DNA of 64,000 bases from Lytechinus pictus (taxonomy: Eukaryota): contig NC_087252.1 in assembly GCF_037042905.1 (NCBI RefSeq), positions 3,102,001 through 3,166,000 on the forward strand, given 5' to 3'. The notes beneath the pieces are model-generated. The model saw only the letters and a program-made list of their open reading frames with translations, made no database searches and had not been told where the DNA came from. The position numbers were made by a program, and so were the translations under genes. Positions 51,364 through 62,881 of the stretch are shown here, one piece after another. How positions within the stretch are numbered: position 1 is the first letter of the stretch; each line of letters starts with the position of its first letter.

Positions 51364-51445
51364 GTGTGAAGTTGTACATGTACAACAGCTTTTGCAGCTC
51401 TTTTATTTAAATAAAAGGAATGGATGAAGAGAACAATGGTAGGCG

Positions 51446-52723
51446 CAACCGCGTAGCCAGGATTTCATTTTGGAGGGGGCGGTAAATGCACGCAAAGAGT
51501 GCCAACACTTACAGAGCGCGCGAAGCGCGCTCTCCAGGTGGTGGGTGCAGGGAGGGGGAGTTTGCCCCTCCCTTGCGAAGCTTTTCGTTTTTCATAAATT
51601 AAAATGAAAAGGAGCCGTCTCTCTTGTCTCTATTACCTATATCAGCTCCAATTCAGTTGACTATATTGTGATTTTGAACCTTGTTTTCAAAAATGATTGC
51701 GAACCCCATTAAATGATTAAAATAATAACCCCTTAAGCGTTTTATCATTTTTCTTGCCACGAAAAGGGTCCCGAGAAAAGGGTATTCTCAAAGATATATT
51801 GAATACTTCCCTTGAAAAGATCAGATTTGATTACAAACAATTTAGCGACAGTGCATATCTTTAACTCGTAAAACAGAGGAGAAGAAGTGTATATGCCGAG
51901 ATGAAGATATTCCTCCACGCACAGAGCAATGAAACTGAAATTTCAAAGGGCGGACGTTTCATCAAATGCAGATATCTGTCATACCCCATCGGCTCTCATT
52001 CAATTGATTTTCTAAGATTATTGAACTTCATTACAAGGAAAATAGTGCACAAAAAGTTGAAACTTCTGTGATTTATTGAAATTATATAAAAAAGGATGCC
52101 TAATTTCTTTGACTTATCCCGAAGCGCTTCATTTTGAACTATAAAGAAACTTAAGTGTCATTCAAAATTTGAAACAGAGGGCGCAAAACAGGACAGGGGG
52201 TGAATGTGTAGGGAAATGACATGAAGTTTAATAGAATTTGATAAAAAAATATTGTACTTTTTTATTTAATACGACACGAATTTCAAACCTTCCTCTTTTG
52301 AAAATAGGAACCTGTTTGCCCCCAAATTACGGTTGGTTATAGTGATAAGCTGAAAGCGGGAGAAGTTGACTTTATGGCGGTGACGGCCGAAATAGATATA
52401 AATATTTTACCTGCCCGGAGCCGACCCGATCAGAAGTTGCGCAATCAATAAAAAAAGAGATAACTTCATATACTTCGGCCTAACCTTACTTTAATTCCAT
52501 GAACTTTAACTGGCAAGAAACACAGGTGGAAAAACAGGGTTAGAAAAAAACGTAGGGGAAACCATGTGAAGGAGTTTCTCTTTTGAGAGAAAAAAAAAAG
52601 AATAAAAAGAAAAAACAGAAAGCTACCTTCCTTCCCTTTCCTCCCTTCCCTTTTCCTTTTCTCCTCCCTTTTTTCCTTTTTTTTTTGGGGGGGGGGGGCG
52701 ACCGCCACCTGGCTACGCGCCTA
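51446..52723. mobile_element. hAT-like non-autonomous element inserted into the tRNA-like cassette
   Basis: ggtaggcg|CAACCGCGTAGCCAGG...CCTGGCTACGCGCCTA|ggtaggcg. The uninterrupted cassette at 3426 has a single ggtaggcg. Confidence 0.9.
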
Positions 52724-52793
52724 GGTAGGCGTAGCTTAAATTAAGGTTCCCCAGAGCAATCTACCCTTTGGAAAAATTGGTAATGCCGAAAAA

Positions 52794-52866
52794 TGCCTCT
52801 GCCGGGAATCGAACCCGGGCCCCCAGCTTTTGAACGCCGGTGCCTTAACCACTAGACCACAGAGAC
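52794..52866 (-). tRNA. Second copy of the tRNA-like gene (8-nt anticodon loop GTTCAAAA; likely non-functional)
   Basis: Differs from 14614-14685 at only a few positions and shares the ~45-bp 5' flank and the 3' flank. Confidence 0.55.
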
Positions 52867-53695
52867 GGGTTAGTTGCTAGAGAGACCCCGATCCGATTGA
52901 CCGTCAGATAGAACTTCATCTTCCTTTTGAATGCCTGAAAGTATTAAAGGTTATTCTGGGAACGTATTCTTGTATTCATTTCCGAGTACTCTAAACGTGC
53001 AATGTCATTATATGTTTGCTATGGCATATTTCCTTAATCATTATTGATCCGTAAATTAAAATTTTTATCCAAGTAATTAATACATTGCGCACTTTCTTTA
53101 TCAAAATCATTCGAACACCAACTTATAATGTAATAATAACCATTATGAATTAGTTAGGATTATTACAGATATCGTGTTTATAATAGTCAATTGTTTTATT
53201 CTATTAAGATTATGTTGAAATTGTGAATAGAATAGCATTGTCTGATCGCATGTCAAATCTCAGCTAAGATCAAGATATAATCTCATTTATATTAACAGTG
53301 GGGGAAAAAAGGTGTAAAATGCAGGGGCGTAGACAACGGGGGGATGAGGGGGATGCATCCCCCACCTCACAAGGTGGGGGGGGGGGGGATGGCATGTACA
53401 ATCATCCCCCCCAGGTTTTTGGGAATGATATTTGGTTACTTAATAAGTCATAATGATGATAATAATAGTAATAATAATAATGATAACAATTATAATATTA
53501 ATAATAATAATAATTATGATGATGATAATAATAATCCTCATCATTATTGTAATTGTGTTTATTGTTATTAGCCGCATTCACACGGTGAAAGCCAATTCAG
53601 ACGGTAAAAAAAAGAAAATCTTACAAGTATTTTGTGGTTATCTTGTGGTTTGGAAACCACAAGATAACCACAAGTATTATTCAAACAAACATATA

Positions 53696-54686
53696 CAGTG
53701 CGTCCCAAAAAAAATGTCCCTCTTATATGGGGCTAAATTACTTCAAAAAATAAAAATTATTCTCCATGAAATGTATTTAACTAGGAAGCTCATCTCATGT
53801 TCTAACTTCTAAAAAAATTTCATTGGTCTCGCTTCAGTGGTTTTGAATACACAGTCTATTATATAAAAATTGTGCTTTTCAGCCCATTCCAAGTTTGCAT
53901 GCATGCAGCATTACTGTGTGTTCTGCACTTTCTAGCATATCATCCCCCTTTGACCATTCTGACCAAGGAATTCCCTGATCTGACCAGGGAAATCTCCATG
54001 ATCTAACCAGGCTCATCAAATCACAACTTTGAGCATGTTTAGAAGGGCAAAAACAATATTTGACAGCTCATTTCATGTTTGAAAATGGGAGATGCACAAT
54101 GATTAAGACAACGGGTCATGTCTGTTTCATGCCTAATTCATGCTTAATACTGCATTTTTTGTTTTTATTGGTTTTTTTAGTTTAAAAAAAAGTCAAATTT
54201 TTCTCTGGTAAAGTTCCTTTTCCGCAAAGGGTGTTTAACTTGCGGATTCCCCTTTATTTTTGAGCTTATTTTACTCATCCATCATTTACATTTTCTTTCA
54301 AGTTGGTGCACTGATTCCCCTTATCAATCATCAATAAACTTTTTTTTTTTCTTGCCCTTCTGAACATGCCCAAGTTTATAATTTGATGAGCCTGTATATG
54401 ATTAGGGAAATGTCCCTGTTCAGATCCTGGATGTAAAAATGGGGGTTAACATGCCATAGACAATGCAGATATGCATCAATGCTGCAAACTTGGAATGGGC
54501 TAAAATGCACCACTGTTACGTAACAGAGTGTGTATTCAAAACCGCTGAAGCGAGACCAATGAAATTTTCATAGAAGTTAGATCATGAAATGAGCTTTCTA
54601 CTCATGAACATTTATTTGAGAATACTACCACATTTTAGAATTAATTCAGTCCTATGTCAGAGGGACATTTTTTTTGGGACGCGCTG
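53696..54686. mobile_element. Tc1/mariner-like MITE with long TIRs
   Basis: TA|CAGTGCGTCCCAAAAAAAATGTCCC ... GGGACATTTTTTTTGGGACGCGCTG|TA. Arms align for ~350 bp. Confidence 0.9.
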
Positions 54687-55043
54687 TATAATTATGTATA
54701 ATCATGAATTGTTCAACTTCATGCTCCCACTATATGACTATTGTTTAATACACTAATACTGATATCAGGACTGACTGGTATACATTGGTTTGTTGTTAAG
54801 CTTGCAGCAGCTACATCTTTTCTGTATTGTTAACTATTTATTTATTTTTGTTTTATTTAAGATGCACTTTGTTTTGTATTCATTTAAAGTTGGTTGATTG
54901 ATGCATGAAGACATAAGTTTGAAATGTTTAAAGAAGTTTGTTTCATGTAAAGCGCAGTGTGAATTTACCCTGTCTTGAAATGCGAGATAAAAGGAACCTA
55001 TTAGTATTAGCATTATCATTTGTACTAGTATTATTTTTTATTT

Positions 55044-55083
<40 letters not shown>

Positions 55084-55641
55084 TATAAGACTGAGATCAA
55101 ATAGAAGTAAATAATGCCCTAATTTGAAACGATGTAATGCCGTTATGGTTCCGATTTCTTCACAAACTTACAAAGCAGTATTGTTACTCCATGGATCATA
55201 GTGATACTGTTTATGTTTTTTGTATCTGTATGTTAATGAGCCGCCAGCCAATATCCATCTATGGATACTATGCCTGTTTCTTTAAGGTAAAAAGAAGCAT
55301 AGTATGTACGTATTCATTATGCTTTATAATGAACAGACATATTGTTATTTGTTTGTTGTTTATGTGTTCTATTCACAAATGGCCACTGTTTTCATTCATA
55401 ACCACATACCCATATCAAGACAACAAAGACTATACCTGCGTGTACACAGTTGACATTGTTTTTTTTTCTGAAGAGGTGTAACAGCAAAATTCACAGAGAT
55501 AAATAAATACGTAGCGTGGTTCAATATGCAATACTATGTGTCAGTCCATTCTGTATTCGTATGCCACGGTGTGTAGATCTTGTCGATGTATGTCTGTCCA
55601 TTCAAGGCGTAGTATGTGTGTGGTGCGCGCACCCGTGTGTG

Positions 55642-55677
<36 letters not shown>

Positions 55678-57193
55678 CGCGCTTGTGTGTGTTATTTTAC
55701 CTCATTAAGTATGCATCAGATTGCACGATTTCAAGTTCAAAATTGCAAAAGCTCCCTACCTAGATAACTGTTTCCCGGGCCTCTTGGGTTGAGCGCGTAC
55801 AGTCTCCGAGATGGTCACGTCACATGTGACCCTCCGTATGTTTTTGTATTACCATGGTATCACAGCCTGTTTCCCGTACGTTATTGCAATTAATTATTAG
55901 GGACATAGCTTCATATGATTTTATATATATTTTGCATGATTGTTTGTCAAATTGAAGATACGAATTATGGAAAACGTTTTTACATGTTTTCATAATAATG
56001 ATATTGTTATATTGGACTTGAATTGAATATGCCAACTCAAACGGAGTAATACAAGTTGAAAAAACCGTAGTAACAAGCATATCTATTGCATTTCTTATTA
56101 TAGTCTAGGAGATAGGGGGCTTTATTCAGAATTTTTGGTGGGGAAGGTTTGACAAGCTTGTCCGGGGTAAAATTGTGCGCTGATTCCAAAAATGTCACTC
56201 TTACTGACCGTACTCACGCCATTTTGGTCATTTTGGCCAATTTTTTACCAAAAATGACAATTTTGACCACTCTCTGGAAAGTGGTCCCTTAACAGACTGC
56301 TTTTGTAGCCAGATGCAAATAAAATGATCTATCTTACGTAAAAATGCACCCAGATTCAAGATAAAGTGGTTTCATTTGCCAAATCACAATAGAAGTGGTC
56401 ATTTTGGCCATATTTTGGCAAAAAATGACAATTTTCATGATTTTTTTGGTCCGAAATGTGTTACAAATATTGATCAGAGCTACGATTGGATGTCTTTAGA
56501 AATCCACATTTATTTTCAAAATGTGCGCTAGAAAACGATGAATAAAAATATATACCTTCCGACTGTCCACATTTAGCAGTGCTTGAATGACTATACAGAA
56601 GGCTTGTTACATTACTGTTTCCGATAGTTGTGGATTCTAAATAGATAATACACAACACGCGTTAAAATGAAAATACATTCAATACCAGACGAAAGTGTAA
56701 TGTGTAGATGAGATGAATGAATGATTTTTGATAATGAAAACATAAAAAAAATAAATGTGCGAAGAAAGAAGATTACCACAATAACGGTTGTGAAATGGAC
56801 AACAAATTAATCTATGGTTATATATGCCCATTCATAAGTAATTACTGAATAATAAACACTTTTTCTTAATAGTTTTCCTCTTTGTTTTATATAATATTGA
56901 ATCATAAACAACGATATATTCTTCACATTAATTCTCAACTGGACACTGATCAGAGTAAATATATATAAAAAAAATAATGAACAACCCTAGTCCGTGTTTC
57001 GTTTTGGATCTCAAAAAAGCAATAGTCGATATGATAGAATACCAACAAATTTAATTTCCATTCCCGACTACACCATGCCATGCACCAATTAGTTTGACTG
57101 GCATACAAATATATATGGGGGACATTTTATTAGGAAATAGTTTTTAATAGGTCATTTTTAATGCTACATAAAAGAATATGTACACGAACTCAC

Positions 57194-57559
57194 CTTGCTC
57201 ATCTTCCTTTTTTATGATAACGGATGCACTGATGTGGCTTAAAGATGAACTACCAGTGACTCTACAGACAAGCACTATCTCATCATCATCCATATAGGTT
57301 GGTGTGAAGTATATTGTTTGTATAGGAAAAGCAAGTCTTTTATCATTTGAATCATTGAGAAGCTTTGGCATTTGAACGACATACTCCAGCATGTCCTCTG
57401 GAATCACCCACTCCAGGTCCACAGGTGGTTTCACGAACGTATTGGTCTTGCAGACAAGCGTCTTGTTTTCCCCTTCTTGAACAACAATTGATCCTCCTTT
57501 CGGAATTTTATCATCCCGGTCGTATGCATCTTCAACCAACGTCAACCCTTTAGGTAGAA
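57194..57559 (-). CDS. IgSF receptor copy B, C2-like Ig domain exon
   Basis: Acceptor gtgtactag, donor G|GTGAGT, 366 nt, phase 1-1. Pattern TLVC...KPPVDLEW...LVCRV. Confidence 0.85.
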
Positions 57560-58637
57560 CTAGTACACGGTAAAAATGAATTGATAGAGAGGGGGAAATA
57601 GAGACCATTAAAATTCTGACCCGTTTTGATATTGACTTATGAACATCATTGATGTCAAATTCTGCTTCTTATTATTATCTTCTGAAATTCACAAAATTAC
57701 TTTGGAGTTTGACTTCTCTTACCCCTTCCCATTCCCCAATTAGGTGAATGCATACATAAGATAGTCAAATTCTAAAGTATTTTGCTATTTTCCCCCGAAA
57801 TAATAGTCAGAAATATTAACATTCGTTCCAGCGAGAATGCTGATGGAAAATTATCACGTAAAGCCAAACATGAAACCTACCCTTCAAGACTAAATAAACA
57901 ATAATAATTATCTTAGCATAGTTCTCAATCAAGAGCTATAATAAAATCATATTTCTCTAACCCAATGCTCTCCGACATATCATAACCAGAGCAAATTCGT
58001 GTCACCATCTGAAGAGTACAAATAGTATTTTTACAAATACTCTCAAATTATAGTTTTTCTTAAATGTTAGTAAAAAAAATAATTTGAGCATTACTCTCTA
58101 ATTTATCAAATGAATTTTAATTCTTGAACATAACATGATTTGGTTTTATTAAAATTGATCAAACGAAAATAGTAAATAAATTTTGGAAGAAGGAATTTAG
58201 GAGTCAGGGAATACACTTTGCAAATTTAGATTTAACCTCGGATTAATGTTATCAGCAAAAGGAACACGAAAACCTACTTCAAGGGATAGCTTTTATTTTG
58301 GATAAATAACATCAATTTCATCGTTTCATTCAACTTTGTGCATTATGTTTTGGTAACTTTTTAATTTAAACAATGGAATGAACAAGGATGACATTGTGAA
58401 AAGTGAAAAAATGTCAAAGATTTTTTTTTTCAAAAGGAATTAGATCCATTTCAGTTTATGAAATGAACAAGAATACCATTTAATAATGGTAATAAGTACA
58501 AACGCCTTTGCCCCAGATTATTACTACTTTGTCCACCTCTACTTCATCAATGAATTATAAATTATATCTAGAAAATGTGGCGAATGTATCAAATATTTTG
58601 AATGCTATTTTGTTAATCGTATAAAAAGTGATTTTAC

Positions 58638-58925
58638 CATTAACAGTCAACTTGATATCACACGTTTCCCTATCGTTATCACTTGTCCAATCGAATACGT
58701 ATTCACCTTCATGAATCAACGAAACGTTCCGTATTGTTAAATTAGTGGAGGTTAATACCGAAATATTTTTTTCACAGTCAACCGTAAATGGACTGCAGAT
58801 GAAAACTATTGAGCCATTGCTTCGCTTCAACGCTATACCAAGATCGCCAGTTGTGTCGTTTGGGAGGCAGTGTAGACTGACGTTCTTTCCAGCTTGGACT
58901 GTTATATTTACAGCTTGGTCTCCAC
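58638..58925 (-). CDS. IgSF receptor copy B, V-like Ig domain exon
   Basis: Acceptor ttttattttaaag, donor G|GTAAAA, 288 nt, phase 1-1. G.NVSLHC...NLTIRNVSLIHEGEYVF...LTV. Confidence 0.8.
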
Positions 58926-59038
58926 CTTTAAAATAAAAACATTTTACTGTTTTATGTATAACCAAATCATTTACTATCATTTGAAGCACTTATTACTGAC
59001 CTACATGTATTAATATGGATCTTGTATCACTGTGGTAT

Positions 59039-59069
<31 letters not shown>

Positions 59070-59470
59070 TTGATATATTCATATTCCACAATCATCAAAG
59101 TACATTTATAATAAATCATTTTAACACTGAAAAAATACATAACACACAGGATTGAAACGTAGCAATGAAATGAAAAAAGTGGAGGGGCCTACTAAATATC
59201 AATATACTCAAAACTTAAAACCATAATGAAATGGGGAAAATTGTTTTGAAGGTTCTCTCAATTATTTATCACTTAAATAGTACACATATATTATTGTTGA
59301 TATTTACTCATCGTAATTTTAAGTTCATGAATATCTGCAATGTTGCAATAACGAATGTCTTTGTCACAACCGGTGTTGTGAATGCAACACCGGAGGTCAC
59401 TGATATGGATTTGAAGTTTTTTTAACAAAGTAACTTTGTTCACATGAATGCTTTTAACTGTTCTCCTTAC

Positions 59471-59527
59471 GGTGTTGCAACAAAAAAAAATGAGAACGAG
59501 TATGGTAATAACTCTTTCTTTGATCAT
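59471..59527 (-). CDS. IgSF receptor copy B, putative signal-peptide exon
   Basis: MIKERVITILVLIFF... then donor GTAAGG. As written it ends in phase 0 whereas the next exon needs phase 1; a T9 run lies inside. Confidence 0.55.
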
Positions 59528-60329
59528 GTTTCTGTAACTGTTCTCAGTTTTAAGAAAAGGGTATATTAATATGATCACAACTAAGTAGCCTGACATGAGG
59601 ACGATCGATGTTATGAATAAAAAAATAGTCTAGATTTCAACTTAGACTTATATTGATATTAAACATAAATGAAATCAGAGATAAGACGCTCTACAAGAAA
59701 AGTAAATCTACTTGCTGAGTCTAGTCACAATTGATTGTATAATTACCCATATTCTACACACCTAATCATTTTTTTTTTTGGGGGGGGGGCAAATTGCATA
59801 GCGTCATAACTAGTAAGAAACAACGAGAGATATGCTTACCTAAAACGTAACTTATAGATCCAATTATGAAGAAAGATAACTTCCACATGATTAGTTAGGT
59901 TTGTTTCCAGTTTACATGGATCAAAGAATCGTGTAACAAAAGGAAGCGGTAATAGGTTGCAAAAGAAATACTTGTCGTATTATGACAATTCTGATCGGCA
60001 GAATACGACAGATTGTTTGGTGTTGGCGCCCTTTACCTAAAATACCAACATGTTATTATAATCTACAAATTAAACCATGTCATTAATTTCAAAGTCTTAT
60101 CAATAAAATATGATATAGCCAAAATATTTATTGAATGCCATTTCTCAAATGAAACAAAGCCCAATTTCGAGAGTTTTTTATTTTATTTTAAATACAGTAT
60201 GTTGTGTCAAAAAAAATCATCCCCACAGCCGTTACGGATTATGCATATTGCTAATTTCCCAATGCCTCTTTTTAATGCAACGTAAAAGGATAAGTATGGA
60301 AAATCAGGTCAAATGTAATTAAAATACCC

Positions 60330-60780
60330 CGATAAAGTACCCTATCCAAGCTATTTCACTAAACCCATAATGTGAAACACCCGAATATCGCATTCACAAT
60401 ATATATTATTGAAAAGGGAGAAGACCACTCAATACCATTCTTCGACGTTATTGTCACATGTGAACCAAGCAACCTCCTCTCACACCGGGTCTCCTACGAT
60501 CCAACCAAAACAAGCAACGCCACTTTCAGTAATTCCATCGCCCTTTTGTCAACCTGTTTGTCCCCAGAACATTGGTCAAGAGGGCACCATTAATGATGAC
60601 AACCATCATCTAGGAGGGCTTGAACAACTCAAGTCTAATCTCATAACCCTTAACGTTTATTCCCGCACAAGATCAAGACCAAATCTACTCCACCCCGCAG
60701 CAAGGATCCAGCCAATAAGTTATACCCTGTTCAGGCCCTACATCCCACAAAGTTCAGCTTATTTTCAAGTCAGTCAAAAT
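60330..60780 (+). mobile_element. Degenerate Penelope-like retroelement RT fragment
   Basis: KHPNIAFT...HSIPFFDVIV...LSHRVSYDPT matches the PLE RT C-terminal pattern HP.I.FT.E.E...PFLD....VY.KPT. Confidence 0.65.
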
Positions 60781-60954
60781 TGAAGTGGGACGCCCTATAA
60801 TGATACGCCTCGAAGAAATTTTGTCAGCCAAAAATGAAATCAAAATTTTGAGTGGTTAAAAGCAGAATAGTACATCAATACTGCCAAATTTAAATTGCCA
60901 AAGCTTATAGTTGACTTGTTAAGAGCTTGAACGCTGCTTTTTTTTAGTACAAAT

Positions 60955-62797
60955 TTAGGGTCAAATTTCATGTCAGGAATATATCAGCACGTTATGAAGG
61001 AGTTGGGAATAAAGCAGATCAAGTCCTCTGCTTATCACCCACAGTCCCAAGGAGCGTTAGAACGCTATCATCAGACCCTGAAGACCATGATTAGGGCTTA
61101 TTGCGAAGACTATCCCGATGACTGGGATAAAGGGATCTCATTCCTACTGTTTGCAACTAGGGATTCCCCTTATGAGTCCACAGGTTTCAGTCCATTTGAA
61201 TTGGTCTATGGTCATGAGGTTAGGGGCCCCCTAAAGCTGATCAAAGAGGGGTTTATGGTTCAGGATGATGATGTAAACCTTCTAGACTATGTGTCAAAAT
61301 TTAGAGAAAGGCTCTCAAAAGCTTGTGATGTGGCTAAGGAACACTTGAAAGTGTCGCAAGGAAAAATGAAAGCTCAAGCTGACAAAAATGCAAAAGAGCG
61401 AAGTTTCAAGCCTGGAGACAAAGTATTAGTGTTGTTGCCTTTGCAAGGTGAGCCCTTGAAAGCTAGGTTTAGTGGTCCCTACATAGTCAAAAGGAAACTG
61501 AATGATGTTAACTATTTGATCAGTACCCCTGATCGAAGAAAGTCTCAAAGAGTTTGTCATGTAAACATGTTGAAAGAATATTTTGAGCGAGAGGCTAGTC
61601 AGCAAATAGGTACAACACAGGTCAAAGAAGACAAGAAACGTGTAAATGTAGATGAAGAAAAATGCTATGGAAAGACAGCTAATGAATTGTCTTATACAGA
61701 TGTATCTAAGAATGAACCATGTGGTGTAAAGTTGTTTAACTCAGAGATGCTAGGAAATATGGATGAGGCATTAAAACACCTGCCTGAAGATCAGAGAAAT
61801 GATATATCTGGCCTGTTTAGAGAATATGAGAATGTGTGTAAAGACACACCAGGGCGTACACCTTTAACTGTACATGATGTAGACGTAGGTGATGTAAGAC
61901 CTATCAAACAGAATCCTTAAAGGCTCAGTCCAAGCAAGTTGGAAATGGTGAATAAGGAAATACATTTTATGTTAGATAATGTTAGATTCTCCTATTACAA
62001 TGGTTCCAAAGCCAGACGGCTCTCAGAGATTTTGCATTGATTACCGAAAGGTAAATGCAGTAACTAAGACTGACTCGTATCCAATTCCTAGGTTAGAAGA
62101 TTGTATTGATAGGGTTGGAAAATCTGCCTATATCACAAAGATAGACTTGCTTAAAGGATATTGGCAAGTGCCACTGACTGACCGAGCCAAAGAGATATCA
62201 GCCTTTGTTACACCTGAAGGCTTATTTCAATGCAAAGTCGTGCCTTTTGGAATGAAAAATGCACCAGCAACTTTCCAAAGATTAACAAATCAAGTGATTG
62301 CTGGGCTTGACAACTGTGTCGTGTACATAGATGACATCCTAGTGTACAGTGATACTGGGAATGGTCATCTAGTCTCTAGATCATTTAAGAGCACTGTTTG
62401 ACAGGCTGGATATAGCCAACCTAGTAGTGAATCTGATGAAGAGTGAATTTGCCAAGGCAAAGGTCGCCTATCTTGGTCATTTGGTTGGTCAAGGGCAAGT
62501 TCTACCAAGAGAAGCCAAGATACAAGCTATCTTAGACTTCACAATTCCCACAACTAAGAAAGAATTGCTCAGATTCTTAGGTACGAGTGGCTTCTACAGG
62601 AAATTTTTTCCAAATTACAGTACAGTGGATAGCCCTCTGACAAACCTGCTGAAGGCAAAAGTGAAGTATGTTTGGTCTGACGAATGTCAGAGATCATTTG
62701 AGAAATTAAAGGCCATTTTGGTAAATGAGACTGTTTTGGCAGCTCCAAACTTCACAAAACCGTTCAAAGTAGCTATTGATGCATGTAATGTTGGAGT
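60955..62797 (+). mobile_element. Gmr1-like Ty3/Gypsy pol fragment (integrase, then RT, then RNase H), inactivated
   Basis: GSNFMS...AYHPQSQGALER...TGFSPFELVYG...GPY (IN), then PIKQNP, RFCIDYRKVN, PFGMKNAPATFQR, YIDD (RT), then IDAC (start of RH). Stop at 61918-61920 plus frameshifts. Confidence 0.92.
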
Positions 62798-62879
62798 AGG
62801 GCTCGAACCTCGAACCTCTGCATCAATTTGTAACTTCCCAACATAGCTTGGATTACAGGCGCACGCCACAACGCCCAGT
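62798..62879 (-). mobile_element. 7SL/Alu-domain-like SINE head fragment
   Basis: Minus strand ACTGGGCGTTGTGGCGTGCGCCTGTAATCCAAGCTA resembles the 7SL 5' end (GCCGGGCGCGGTGGCGCGTGCCTGTAGTCCCAGCTA), followed by the B-box-like GGTTCGAGCCC. Confidence 0.6.
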
Positions 62880-62881
62880 TA

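Larger units (their letters stand above)
42268..58550. repeat. Segmental duplication, copy B
   Basis: See copy A; same orientation. Confidence 0.95.

Noticed and set aside
53344..53812. Poly-Ile/poly-Asn ORFs resembling membrane proteins
   Set aside because: Translations of an (AAT)n microsatellite.
62798..62879. Human Alu contamination
   Set aside because: Similarity ends after ~45 nt, there is no Alu body or poly-A, and it is embedded among native elements.
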